DNA of 63,052 nt, the filler included. It is 7 parts of 7 records of this genome, joined end to end, with 100 filler letters (N's around TTAATTAATTAA, not from the genome) between each part and the next. Parts side by side here need not be neighbours in the genome. Positions count along the whole stretch, not along the records: positions 6,290 to 19,272 come from SRR31156797_22878; positions 19,373 to 25,462 come from SRR31156797_22885; positions 25,563 to 40,157 come from SRR31156797_22886; 4 more parts are not named here. One strand, given 5' to 3'. Below, piece after piece: positions 17,374-28,004 of the stretch. The position numbers and the translations under genes were made by a program. The notes beneath the pieces were generated by a model. It ran no database searches and was not told the origin of the DNA. It saw nothing but the letters and a program-made list of their open reading frames with translations. The stretch's first letter is position 1, and the number at the start of each line of letters is the position of its first letter.

Positions 17374-19212
17374 ATGGCAATTGCAAATGCAGTAAAAGTT
17401 GAAATCGATGGTGTTCAGTTAATAAACTACACTTCAATTGAAATACGTCAGCACATTTATGGTATGAATGAGTTCAAAGTTGTTGCACGCCTGGATTCTA
17501 TGGAAGAACTAGATGGTTTTGTTCTCAACAAATCGAAATCATTTATTGGTTCAGCAATTGTTATTAGTATCGATGTTAGCCAAAAAGGAGATGGTAGTAA
17601 ACCCGAAAGGATTATTTTTAAGGGCCTCATTACTAACCTTCAGGCCACTCGTTCTGCATATTTCGACAATGACAATATTATTCTTATTGGCAAGAGTCCT
17701 GAATTCTTGCTTGATGACATTGCCGGATACCGTTCATTTGAAAATAAAAACCTTAAACAGATTGTTAGCGATGTATTAACCTTATATCCCCGCGACCTCC
17801 TAAAAAACATAGTGAATCCGCGCGAGTCGTCAATGTTTGAATACACAGTTCAGTACAACGAAAGCAGTTATAGCTTTTTACGACGCCTGGCAAAACGCTA
17901 CGGCGAGTGGATGTTTTATAACGGAACTGAATTTTATTTTGGTAAGATTAGTCCTAAACTAACTGCCGAGTTAACACTTGGAATTGATCAAACAGCATTC
18001 GATTTCGGAATAAACTTAAAACCTATAAATTTTAAATATAAGTTTCACGACTATCTTAAAAATAAAACGATAGAGAATAAGGCTACTAAATCGAAAGGGA
18101 AATCACAACAAAATGAGATTGGGGGTATTGCTCACGACAAATCAGTAAAACATGCTGTTTATGAACCACAAGTTTTCATTAACAACTTAAACGTTGACAA
18201 AGGATCTTTTGCAAAACATTTATCAGAACTAACTGAATTAAAAGAAAATGCACAAGCAGCCGGAATGTCTACGGTTAGTGGTTCAAGCGTAAATCCGATG
18301 GTTAAACTTTGCAACAAAATAAAAGTTGGAACCGTTGAAATGGGAAAAACCCGGAAAATTGATTTTGGAGAATACATTGTTACCGAAGTAAAACACTTTT
18401 GTGATAATCTGGGAAGTTATAAAAACGAATTCAAAGGCATTTCTGCCGAAGCAACTGTTCCTGATTACACCGTACCCGAGGTAAAAATTAATTGCGAACC
18501 ACAAACCGCGGTTGTAATCGACAATAAAGATCCGGAAAAACTGGGTAGAATTAAAGTCCGTTTTGTTTGGCAGGAACCGGGGCAAACTACTCCCTGGATT
18601 CGGATTGCCAATCCGCATTCAGGTGTCGACCGAGGAATGTACTTTACTCCCGATATAGATGATGAAGTTTTGGTTGGATTTGAAGGCAACGATCCTGAAC
18701 GCCCATTTGTTATGGGTAGTGTTTACAATGGTAAAGGAAAACCTGAAAGTATTTTCCCACAACAAGACAATAGCATAAAAGGCCTAATGTTTAAGGGTAT
18801 TAGTCTTCAATTTGATGAAGGCTCAGGGGCCACGACCATTCAAACTCCGGGCAAGAAAAAGTTTACTCTAAACGACAAAGAAAAAAAGATTACAATTGAA
18901 GATGATAAGAAAAATTCAATTGAATTATCGCCCGATGGTATTACGATGAATTGTATGAAAAACCTGGATATTACCGTAACTGGCGATTTCAACCTGACGG
19001 CAGGTGGAGCAATGGCCATAACAAGCGGTAAAAATCTTGATACTACTGTTGGCTCCAGTGCGTCTTTCATGTCGGGAGGCGCTTATTCCTTTACTTCCGG
19101 AGGTGCAGCAAACTATACTGTTGCTACCGACTATACTTTAAACGCTGGGAAATCGGCAAATATAAACAGCGCTATGATTAACATTTTAGGAGGATTGGTA
19201 AAAATAAATTAA
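17374..19212 (+). CDS. vgrG: T6SS spike protein VgrG/TssI
   Basis: YTVQYNESSYSFLRRLA.RYGEW, DNKDPEKLGRIKVRF.W, F.PDIDDEVLVGFEG.DP.RP; C-terminal 8-residue beta-helix repeats ending GGLVKIN. Confidence 0.88.
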   Translation: MAIANAVKVEIDGVQLINYTSIEIRQHIYGMNEFKVVARLDSMEELDGFVLNKSKSFIGSAIVISIDVSQKGDGSKPERIIFKGLITNLQATRSAYFDNDNIILIGKSPEFLLDDIAGYRSFENKNLKQIVSDVLTLYPRDLLKNIVNPRESSMFEYTVQYNESSYSFLRRLAKRYGEWMFYNGTEFYFGKISPKLTAELTLGIDQTAFDFGINLKPINFKYKFHDYLKNKTIENKATKSKGKSQQNEIGGIAHDKSVKHAVYEPQVFINNLNVDKGSFAKHLSELTELKENAQAAGMSTVSGSSVNPMVKLCNKIKVGTVEMGKTRKIDFGEYIVTEVKHFCDNLGSYKNEFKGISAEATVPDYTVPEVKINCEPQTAVVIDNKDPEKLGRIKVRFVWQEPGQTTPWIRIANPHSGVDRGMYFTPDIDDEVLVGFEGNDPERPFVMGSVYNGKGKPESIFPQQDNSIKGLMFKGISLQFDEGSGATTIQTPGKKKFTLNDKEKKITIEDDKKNSIELSPDGITMNCMKNLDITVTGDFNLTAGGAMAITSGKNLDTTVGSSASFMSGGAYSFTSGGAANYTVATDYTLNAGKSANINSAMINILGGLVKIN

Positions 19213-19218
19213 AAACAC

Positions 19219-19272
19219 ATGGGACAACCAGCAGCAAGAATGTTAGATATGCATTCATGTCCGGCACAAACA
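19219..19272 (+). CDS. PAAR-domain spike tip protein (5' fragment, cut by contig end)
   Basis: Reads MGQPAARMLDMHSCPAQT immediately after vgrG; absent from the ORF track. Confidence 0.85.
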
Positions 19273-19760
19273 NNNNNNNNNNNNNNNNNNNNNNNNNNNN
19301 NNNNNNNNNNNNNNNNTTAATTAATTAANNNNNNNNNNNNNNNNNNNNNNNNNNNNNNNNNNNNNNNNNNNNGTTATTAAAGAGAAGTTAATAAAGGGAT
19401 TATACCTAAATTGCCTAAGCAATTTATAGAGGTTATTATGTTGGTATAAAATTTATTTATACGTATACTGCTTTCTTGCTAAAAATATTACCACATTCAA
19501 CTAAATAAGTCAACAGTTTTGATGCATATTTTTATTTTGTCATTTTCCGGAATTACTTTCATTTTCTGGACAACGTTATTTTTTAATAAGACTCAATACT
19601 CTTTAAAAACATAAACACTTTAAATTTACTCACTTATTTGTTTTGACATATTATCATTTTTTATAAGTCATTGATAATTTACTATTCGTTTGGTATAATT
19701 TATAATATAAAAATATACACAAAATTTCAACTATTTTTAGAAGGGATCTTATAAAAAATT

Positions 19761-21998
19761 ATGAAAAATTTTCCTATAATTAAAATTGTCGTATCGTATT
19801 TCATTTTCAGCACATTATGGATAAAATCATCCGATACAGCGCTGAGTTTGATTGTTAGCGATCCAGCTATTTTAACTCAAATCCAAACTTATAAGGGAAT
19901 GGCATTTGTCTTCCTTAGTTCTTTACTCATTTTTCTTTTACTTATTGCTGAAGCTAAAAAAACTAAAAAAATCGAAAAAGAGAAAAAGAAATATCTAAAT
20001 ATGATACATGCAATTATAAATAATTCAAAAATGTGGGTTTTTATTAAAAAACTTAATGGCGAATATTTTTTAACAAATTCCAAATTTTTAACTGATATTA
20101 ATAAAGGTGAAATTATCGGAAAAACTACTGAAGATATTTTCCCTGATTATTTAAGCCATCAACTAAAAAAATCAGATATGGAAATAATTGATAATGGCAG
20201 TTCCCAGCCGTTCGAGTTTAATTTAAACAAGAAATCATATCTTTGCTCAAAATTCCCTATTTCAGATGATGATGATAATACGCAACTAATTGGGGGAATT
20301 GTTTCTGACATTACACAACTAAAAATGTTTAACAGAGATTCTTTACTCATAAAAGAGGTATTTGATAAATCAAAAGATGGTATTATCCTCTTTGATACTC
20401 AGTTAAAAGTTGTCAGAGCAAATCAAGCTTTTAATGATATTACTTTATTCTCACAAGATGAAATAATCGGAGAGACGATACACTCAATAGATTCTTATAT
20501 TGATTCTGAAAGCTCTATTGCAGAAATACTTGAATCATTATCAAAAGCTAATGAGTGGCGTGGCGAGCTCTGGTTGAGAAAAAAAAATGGGGAAGTTTTT
20601 CCTTGTTGGGCCGTATTTACTAAAATTATTTTTGAAAAAAATCTTAATATGTACGTTGGGATGTTTGAAGATTTAACAGAATTAAAGGAAAACAAGAGAA
20701 GTATTCATAAACTGGGAAATTATGATCTTTTAACTAATTTGCCAAATCAATTTCTAATGCGGGACAGACTTACTCAGGCTTTTCTGAATGCTGATATTAA
20801 AAAAAGATCTGTTGGCTTCATATATTTTGATATTGATAATTTTAAAAACATCAATAAATATTTCGATTATACTACTGGAGATAATTTAATCTGTAATGTT
20901 ACAGAAAGAGTTTTTACTGAATTAAGAAGTGACTACACTTTCTCAAGAATAAGTGGCGATGAATTTGCAATAGTTATGCCTGATATAACTGATGTTGAAA
21001 AAATAAGCTTTTTTGCTGAAAAGATAAAACAATTAATGCATAAACCGTTTAACATCAATGAAACTGAATATAAAGTCTCTACAAGTATGGGAATAGCAGT
21101 TTATCCAACTGATGGAGTAACAACAGAAGAGATTATAAAAAATGCTCATACAGCTCTGGAATACATAAAAAACAACGGAAAAAACCATTATCATTTCTAT
21201 TCAAGTAATTTAACTGATGATTCAAAACGAAAACTGGAATTATCAAACGATCTAAAATATGCAATAGATTATAATGAACTCCACTTAGTTTATCAACCAA
21301 AAGTTAATATTTTTGATAAAAAAATTGTTGGAGTCGAGGCCCTGCTTAGATGGAAGCATTCTAAATACGGTTTAATTCCCCCATTTGAATTTATCCCAAT
21401 TGCTGAAGAAAACGGAGAAATAAATAATATCGGAAAATGGGTTATTCAACGGGCATGTGCTCAAATGAGAAAATGGACAGATCTTGAAATAGGTATAAAA
21501 AATATTGCAATCAACCTGTCTCCGATTCAATTCAAAAACGAGAATATTGTTAATGAAATTTTAGCTGAATTAAAACAATACAGGCTAAACCCTTCTGCAC
21601 TTGAAATTGAAATAACAGAAGGTATGTTGATGGAAGACATTGACAAAACTATTTCCAAACTTAATGATTTCAAAGCGAATGGCTTCCAAATATCAATTGA
21701 TGATTTTGGGACAGGTTATTCTTCTCTTAGTTATCTTAAAAATTTTCCGCTTAACAAGTTGAAAATTGACAGGACATTTGTAAAAGATTATCCTGAAAAA
21801 GATGATGGCACAATTTCAAAAATTATAGTGAATTTAGCTAAAAGTTTAAATTTAAAAATAATTGCTGAAGGTGTTGAAACTAAAGAACAGCTTAATCTAA
21901 TGAAATCCATGTATGTAAAAGTAGCGCAAGGATATTATTTCTACAAACCTCTCAAAGCTGAAGAGTTAGAAGTAATAATGATTAACAAGAAAAAATAA
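19761..21998 (+). CDS. membrane-anchored PAS-PAS-GGDEF-EAL c-di-GMP enzyme
   Basis: YDLLTNLPN, RISGDEF, GVEALLRW, IDDFGTGYSSL, AEGVET. Confidence 0.9.
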   Translation: MKNFPIIKIVVSYFIFSTLWIKSSDTALSLIVSDPAILTQIQTYKGMAFVFLSSLLIFLLLIAEAKKTKKIEKEKKKYLNMIHAIINNSKMWVFIKKLNGEYFLTNSKFLTDINKGEIIGKTTEDIFPDYLSHQLKKSDMEIIDNGSSQPFEFNLNKKSYLCSKFPISDDDDNTQLIGGIVSDITQLKMFNRDSLLIKEVFDKSKDGIILFDTQLKVVRANQAFNDITLFSQDEIIGETIHSIDSYIDSESSIAEILESLSKANEWRGELWLRKKNGEVFPCWAVFTKIIFEKNLNMYVGMFEDLTELKENKRSIHKLGNYDLLTNLPNQFLMRDRLTQAFLNADIKKRSVGFIYFDIDNFKNINKYFDYTTGDNLICNVTERVFTELRSDYTFSRISGDEFAIVMPDITDVEKISFFAEKIKQLMHKPFNINETEYKVSTSMGIAVYPTDGVTTEEIIKNAHTALEYIKNNGKNHYHFYSSNLTDDSKRKLELSNDLKYAIDYNELHLVYQPKVNIFDKKIVGVEALLRWKHSKYGLIPPFEFIPIAEENGEINNIGKWVIQRACAQMRKWTDLEIGIKNIAINLSPIQFKNENIVNEILAELKQYRLNPSALEIEITEGMLMEDIDKTISKLNDFKANGFQISIDDFGTGYSSLSYLKNFPLNKLKIDRTFVKDYPEKDDGTISKIIVNLAKSLNLKIIAEGVETKEQLNLMKSMYVKVAQGYYFYKPLKAEELEVIMINKKK

Positions 21999-22012
21999 GT
22001 AAATATTTTATT

Positions 22013-22046
22013 AAAACAGATCTATTTTTTATTAGATCTGTTTTTT
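22013..22046 (+). terminator. intrinsic terminator
   Basis: aaaacagatcta...tagatctgtttttt. Confidence 0.65.
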
Positions 22047-22139
22047 ATTTATTTTTTTAGAAATAAATAAATGATTTCTACTGTTTTGGTAGTAAAATAT
22101 AAATATGTTAATATCTTTCTATAGAAGGAAGGTGATCTT

Positions 22140-23771
22140 ATGTCTTTAATGCTAAACATTTTATTTACGGTAATTGGGGGTTTGGGGGTCTTTATCTATG
22201 GAATGAATCTTATGTCAAAAAATGTGCAGGATCTGGCAGGAAATAAGCTGCGGAACATGATCAAAAAAATCACCGGCAACAGATTTTCTGCTCTAACAGC
22301 AGGTGTTATTATTACAGCTATTCTTCAATCAAGTTCCGTAACAACAGTAATGGTTGTTGGTTTCATTGAAGCATCACTTATGAATCTAAATCAAGCATTA
22401 GGGGTTATTTTAGGTTCCAATATCGGTTCAACTTTTACAGGTTGGTTACTTGTTTTAAAACTTGGGAGATATGGCCTGCCACTAACCGGACTGGGAGCAT
22501 TACTTTCTCTATTTACTAAGAAGCCGCGTTTGAGAAAAAAAGCTCTCCTAATTATGGGCTTTGGAATGATTTTCTTTGGATTGGAATTGATGAAAAATGG
22601 TATAGCTCCACTAAAAGAGATGCCTGAATTTATTCTCCTTTTCCAAAAATTTGATGCAAGTAGTTATGCCGGAATAATACTCTCTGCACTAACAGGAGCT
22701 TTTATAACAGCTATTGTTCAATCATCAGCTGTTACGGTTGGTATCACTATGACTCTTGCTTCTCAAGGCTTAATTGATTCAAACACAGCTGTTGCTTTGG
22801 TTCTAGGACAAAATATCGGAACGACTATTACAGCTTTTTTAGCTTCATTAGGAACAGGGACAACTGCAAGAAAAGCTGCATACTCTCATATCTTGATCAA
22901 AGTAACCGGTGTTATGGTAGTAATCCCATTATTCCATCAATATGTAAAGTTAGTTAATCTCATAGCCAGTACTGATGATATTGTAACTTTTATTGCCTTT
23001 GCCCACACAATATTCAATGTTTTAAACAGCTTTATTTTATTACCGTTTACTGCATTGATTGTTAAACTATGGGATAAAGTAATGAAAGAAGAGGAGCCTG
23101 TAGAGAACGTTTCAACTTTTGAAAAACAATTAATTGAAACTCCTTTTATTATTTTGGAAAAAAATAGCCTGCAAATAGAGAAAATGGCAGATGATTTCAG
23201 AAAAGTTTTAGATGATTTTGTTTATTTAATTAAGAACGACAAAGATTTAAAAGAAAATAAAAGGGAAAAAATAATTAAATCAATCGTTAATAATGAAAAG
23301 AGATTTGACAAAATTAACGCTAAAATGCGAGATCAACTTACAGCACTGTTAAGGTTCTCTTCTTCAAATGAAATACTGATAGAAGTACAGCATTTAATAG
23401 AGATCAGTGATCAATATGAATCATTTGGTGATTACGGAGCCGGTTTAGTAAAACTATATCTAAAAGCTAAAACTAATAATATTAAAGTTGCTAAAAAGAA
23501 AAAAATAGCTGAACTTCACGCTTCTATTACAGAAAACTATGATTTATTAACACAAGTTCTCAAAACAAATGATCTCTCGCTAATAGAAAGTGCAGAAAAT
23601 AATTGCCGAGATATTAATGATAAACTTCAAGTTGATATCACCATAGAGGATAAACCTGTTTCAACAGCTATTTATTCTGATATTTTAGCCAAATACAGAA
23701 GATTAAACAGACATATTTTATATACTTTTGAATTAATAAAAAAATACAAAACTGAAAACGAAAATAACTAA
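22140..23771 (+). CDS. Na/Pi cotransporter family protein (PhoU-like C-terminus)
   Basis: Duplicated QSSS/QSSA and GSNIGST/GQNIGTT motifs. Confidence 0.88.
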   Translation: MSLMLNILFTVIGGLGVFIYGMNLMSKNVQDLAGNKLRNMIKKITGNRFSALTAGVIITAILQSSSVTTVMVVGFIEASLMNLNQALGVILGSNIGSTFTGWLLVLKLGRYGLPLTGLGALLSLFTKKPRLRKKALLIMGFGMIFFGLELMKNGIAPLKEMPEFILLFQKFDASSYAGIILSALTGAFITAIVQSSAVTVGITMTLASQGLIDSNTAVALVLGQNIGTTITAFLASLGTGTTARKAAYSHILIKVTGVMVVIPLFHQYVKLVNLIASTDDIVTFIAFAHTIFNVLNSFILLPFTALIVKLWDKVMKEEEPVENVSTFEKQLIETPFIILEKNSLQIEKMADDFRKVLDDFVYLIKNDKDLKENKREKIIKSIVNNEKRFDKINAKMRDQLTALLRFSSSNEILIEVQHLIEISDQYESFGDYGAGLVKLYLKAKTNNIKVAKKKKIAELHASITENYDLLTQVLKTNDLSLIESAENNCRDINDKLQVDITIEDKPVSTAIYSDILAKYRRLNRHILYTFELIKKYKTENENN

Positions 23772-23818
23772 GATAAATTAAAGAGTTTTGACTTTGAAAA
23801 ACAATTATAGGAGGGAAG

Positions 23819-24337
23819 ATGGAAAAATCCAAGTATGTTATTTTGGCAAAAGAAATTATTCAGCATTATATAAAATCTCAAAAAATACCAAACGTTAATA
23901 TAAATATTGATACAGATTTTTTGGAAAGAAAGGCATGTTTTGTATCTATTCATCTCAAAAATAATGAATTACGAGGCTGTATCGGGACTATCTATCCATA
24001 TAGAGATAATCTATATGAGGAGATTGTTCACAACGCTATCGCAGCTTCAACAGAGGACCCTAGATTTCTCCCAATTACAGAGAGAGAACTAGATGCTTTA
24101 ATAATTAATGTGGATATTTTATCCGAACCGCAATTAATACAAGATACCAGTGAGCTTGACTGCAAAAAATTCGGAGTTATTGTATCAGATGGTTATAGGA
24201 AAGGGGTTCTGCTCCCTGACCTTGAAGGAGTGGATAGCGTAGACTATCAACTGCAAATCGCAAAAAACAAGGCAGGAATAAGATCTGATAATAAAAATAT
24301 TGATATCTATAAATTTACAGTAAGCAGATACTATTAA
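23819..24337 (+). CDS. amrA: AMMECR1-domain protein (AmmeMemoRadiSam protein A)
   Basis: CFVSI...LRGCIGT, DPRF, GVLLPDL. Confidence 0.85.
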   Translation: MEKSKYVILAKEIIQHYIKSQKIPNVNINIDTDFLERKACFVSIHLKNNELRGCIGTIYPYRDNLYEEIVHNAIAASTEDPRFLPITERELDALIINVDILSEPQLIQDTSELDCKKFGVIVSDGYRKGVLLPDLEGVDSVDYQLQIAKNKAGIRSDNKNIDIYKFTVSRYY

Positions 24338-24383
24338 TACAAATTATAATTACTAAGTAAAGCGCGACTAAGGAGGACTTATA

Positions 24384-25358
24384 TTGAAGATAATAAAATG
24401 GGGAATTGTTGGTACAGGAAGTATTGCCAGTTCATTTGCTGATGATATTCGATTAATTGATAATTGTGAAGTAATCGCTGTAACATCAAGAAAAAAAGAA
24501 AGCGGAGAAAAGTTTGCCGAAAAATATAAAATTGAGGAAGTTTATACTGACTATACAGATATGTTAGCTAATAAAGCTATAGATTGTATCTATGTCGCAA
24601 CCCCTCACTCTCTACATAAAAACAACAGTATTCAAGCAATGAAAGCCGGAAAAGCCGTCTTATGCGAGAAACCAATCTCTTTATCTCCGGAAGATACTAA
24701 AGAGATGCTTAAGTATTCAAAAAATAGGAAAATTTTATTTATGGAGGCTTTGTGGAGTAAATTTCTCCCTGCCATTGAAAAACTTCTGGAACTCTTAGAA
24801 GAAAAAGTAATCGGAGATATTAAATTTGTCAAAGCAGATTTTGGTATTGATATTGGAGAAGATTATCCACCTGAAGCAAGACTTCTCAATCCTGAATTAG
24901 GCGGTGGAGCATTATATGACGTGGGAATATATCCTATATCATTTGCAAACTTTATATTCAAAGAAAACCCCGTTAATATCCAAACAACTATGCTTCCAGG
25001 TAGTACAGGAGTAGATGCTCTATCGACCTATACTTTTCAATATAAAAATGGCAGTTATGCAGTTTTATTTGGAACTATTACAGCTAGACCTGAAAATAAT
25101 TTATTTATAAGAGGGGCGAAAGGGTGTATCAATATGCCAAATTTCTGGCAGGGTGATAAATTTACAATTAAATTCGACAACGGTAGAAAAGAATCACATC
25201 ACTTCCCTAAACTTGGTCATGGCTATACTCACGAGATTAAGAGTTTTGTAAAAAGTTATGAAAAAAAAGCATATCAAAATGAAATAATGAATCATGCTGA
25301 AAGTTTAAGAATTAATGAAATAATGGCTGATATTTATGCGGATTTTAAAAACAATTAG
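24384..25358 (+). CDS. Gfo/Idh/MocA family oxidoreductase
   Basis: WGIVGTGSIA, YVATPHSLH, VLCEKP, GGGALYDVGIY. Confidence 0.9.
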   Translation: MKIIKWGIVGTGSIASSFADDIRLIDNCEVIAVTSRKKESGEKFAEKYKIEEVYTDYTDMLANKAIDCIYVATPHSLHKNNSIQAMKAGKAVLCEKPISLSPEDTKEMLKYSKNRKILFMEALWSKFLPAIEKLLELLEEKVIGDIKFVKADFGIDIGEDYPPEARLLNPELGGGALYDVGIYPISFANFIFKENPVNIQTTMLPGSTGVDALSTYTFQYKNGSYAVLFGTITARPENNLFIRGAKGCINMPNFWQGDKFTIKFDNGRKESHHFPKLGHGYTHEIKSFVKSYEKKAYQNEIMNHAESLRINEIMADIYADFKNN

Positions 25359-25562
25359 TTTAACTAAATGAAATTTATAGCTATTTTGATCATTCTTTTC
25401 TACTAAAAACTTTGCTTGAATATTTTTTTAAGCAAAGTCAAATTAAATCGTTTTGACTTAAANNNNNNNNNNNNNNNNNNNNNNNNNNNNNNNNNNNNNN
25501 NNNNNNTTAATTAATTAANNNNNNNNNNNNNNNNNNNNNNNNNNNNNNNNNNNNNNNNNNNN

Positions 25563-26098
25563 CCTTTACGGAAATAATCAGATGGAATTTGTTCTTCTTT
25601 TGGTAAAATCAACTCATTTCCTTCGTCGTCAACAATCAAGATTTCTCTTTTCCAAACTTGATATACTTCACCAGAGATTATCTCACCAATACGTTCTTTA
25701 TATTTACCAAAAATACCTTCTTTTTCAAGTTCCAAAATTCTTGAAGTTAGGTTTTGACGAATAGAAAGAATCGCTCTGCGACCAAAATCTTCAATGGTAA
25801 CCTCGTCTGTAACTTCTTCACCCACTTCGTAATCTTCATCAATTTTCTTAGCCTCTGAAAGGGTAATTTGAGTGTATTCATCTTCTAGTTCATCATCAGC
25901 TACAACATCACGGTTTCTCCAAATCTCGAAGTCACCCTTGTCAATGTTGATAATGATATCAAAATGCTCGTCACCACCATAATGCTTGCGTAATACACTA
26001 CGAAATACATCCTCCAACACGCGCATCATTGTAGCGCGATCAATATTCTTGAGCTCTTTAAACTCTAAAAACGTGTCAATCAGATTTACGTTCTGCAT
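25563..26098 (-). CDS. nusA: transcription termination factor NusA (3' truncated)
   Basis: EFKELKNIDRATMM, FGRRAILSIRQNL, EQIPSDYFRK; downstream of rimP. Confidence 0.93.
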
Positions 26099-26109
26099 GA
26101 TTTTGTGTT

Positions 26110-26574
26110 TTAAAAGTTGATAATAGCCTTTGCTGAGGCAATATCATCTATCTTAATTTTTTCAATTTCTTCTTTAACCTCTTTTTTCTTTTGTCCGGGA
26201 ACTTTTATCTTCTCTTCCCATTTAAGCTCGATGGTATCATTTTCAACAGATTGAATAATACCTTCTAAAGTTGTGCCATCTTTTAAAATAACACGAACGT
26301 CTTTGTCTATATGCTTTTTGTATTGCTCAATAACCTTAAATGGTTGATCAATACCTGGTGAAGACACCTGTAATTCATAATCTTCCTCATCTCTGTCATA
26401 AGTTGCTTCAATAAATTTAGAGATACGCACACACTCATCAATAGGCATTCCATTGGGAGCATCAGCATACACAAAAATTTTATTATCAGCAGTCATTTTT
26501 ACCTCAACTAAAAATGTTTCGGTATCCTGAATAGCTTCTTTTACAGTTACTTCTATATTTTCTTTACTTAACAT
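26110..26574 (-). CDS. rimP: ribosome maturation factor RimP
   Basis: IDECVRISK, YELQVSSPGIDQPF; upstream of nusA. Confidence 0.92.
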   Translation of the reverse strand: MLSKENIEVTVKEAIQDTETFLVEVKMTADNKIFVYADAPNGMPIDECVRISKFIEATYDRDEEDYELQVSSPGIDQPFKVIEQYKKHIDKDVRVILKDGTTLEGIIQSVENDTIELKWEEKIKVPGQKKKEVKEEIEKIKIDDIASAKAIINF

Positions 26575-26728
26575 AGTATTAAAAAATTAGGGGACATCTG
26601 CCCCCCAAGTCTTTGTTCCTCCATTTTTACGCTGCAAAAATACATAATAATTAGTTATAAAAAAATATTTGCTTGAAAATTATTGATTTTAACTTTATTA
26701 CCTCATTTGTAATTGCTAATTTGGAACC

Positions 26729-27946
26729 ATGAACAAGAACCAGAAAATATTGAATGATCCGGTTCACGGATTCATCAATTTACCAGAAGGAATTTTAGCA
26801 GATATTATGCATCATTCATATTTCCAAAGGCTGCGTAGAATAAGGCAGTTGGGGATGAGTGATTTGGTATATCCCGGGGCTACTCACACGCGTTTTTTGC
26901 ATACTTTAGGGAGTTATCATTTAATGAATTTGGCTATTTCAGTTTTGCGAGCAAAGGGTGTTGAAATTACAGAACAAAATGCTAAAGCTGTTCAGTTGGC
27001 TATTTTATTGCATGATATTGGACATGGGCCATTTTCTCATGCTTTGGAGGACTTAATTGTGCCAAATATTGGACATGAAGAAATCTCATTGGCATTTATG
27101 AAGTTTTTTAACCATCAGCATTTTGGAGCATTGGATGAAGCAATAGCTGTTTTTACCGGACAATCTCCACATAATTTTTTGCATGAATTGGTAAGTTCTC
27201 AATTAGATACTGATAGATTAGATTATCTCAAGCGCGATAGTTTCTTTACCGGCGTTTCTGAGGGTGTGATTAGTACCGACCGTATTATAAAAATGCTAAA
27301 TGTAGTTAATGATCAGTTGGTAGTTGATGTGAAAGGAATTTATTCAGTAGAAAAGTTTTTAATTGCTCGTCGATTGATGTACTGGCAGGTTTATTTGCAT
27401 AAAACGGTGGTTTCTTCTGAGATGCTGCTTAGAAATATTATTCAACGTGCAAGGCAGTTAATAATGCGAGGAGAAAAATTATGGGGACCTGAAGCTTTAC
27501 TTTTTTTCTTGAAAAATGATCATTTCGAATTGAATGATGAGTTAATTTCCAAATTCGCATCCCTTGATGATACTGACATAATAACTTCTACGAAAATTTG
27601 GCAGAATTGTGATGACCAGGTATTGAGCAGATTAAGTAAGATGTTTGTTAATAGAGATTTATTTAAAATCAAACTTCAAAAAGAACCTTTTGATGAAGCG
27701 TTGATTGATGAAAAGAAACAGCAAGTTATGCAGACTTTTCAGATGTCTGCAGATGAGGCAGCGTTTTTTGTGGTAACCAACAATTTAACCAATAATGCCT
27801 ACAAACCTCATAGTGGTAAAATCATAATCTTACAAAAAAACGGACAAACAGCTGACCTGGCAGATGTGTCTGATATGTTTGACCATGAATTACTTTACAA
27901 AACAGTAAAAAAATACTTTTTATGCTACCCAAGAGGTTTGGCTTAA
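26729..27946 (+). CDS. HD-domain phosphohydrolase (dNTPase-like)
   Basis: DPVHGFI, FQRLRRIRQLG, HTRF.H.LG, LLHDIGHGPFSH, D.DRLDYL.RDS. Confidence 0.9.
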   Translation: MNKNQKILNDPVHGFINLPEGILADIMHHSYFQRLRRIRQLGMSDLVYPGATHTRFLHTLGSYHLMNLAISVLRAKGVEITEQNAKAVQLAILLHDIGHGPFSHALEDLIVPNIGHEEISLAFMKFFNHQHFGALDEAIAVFTGQSPHNFLHELVSSQLDTDRLDYLKRDSFFTGVSEGVISTDRIIKMLNVVNDQLVVDVKGIYSVEKFLIARRLMYWQVYLHKTVVSSEMLLRNIIQRARQLIMRGEKLWGPEALLFFLKNDHFELNDELISKFASLDDTDIITSTKIWQNCDDQVLSRLSKMFVNRDLFKIKLQKEPFDEALIDEKKQQVMQTFQMSADEAAFFVVTNNLTNNAYKPHSGKIIILQKNGQTADLADVSDMFDHELLYKTVKKYFLCYPRGLA

Positions 27947-28004
27947 TTTTCTTACTTTTGCCTAACACTGAAAGTAAATTAAAAAACTATAAAAATAACC
28001 TGAC

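Noticed and set aside
17374-19212. Prophage baseplate or evolved VgrG with a toxin domain
   Set aside because: No capsid, terminase or integrase genes; the C-terminus is only beta-helix repeats followed by a PAAR gene.
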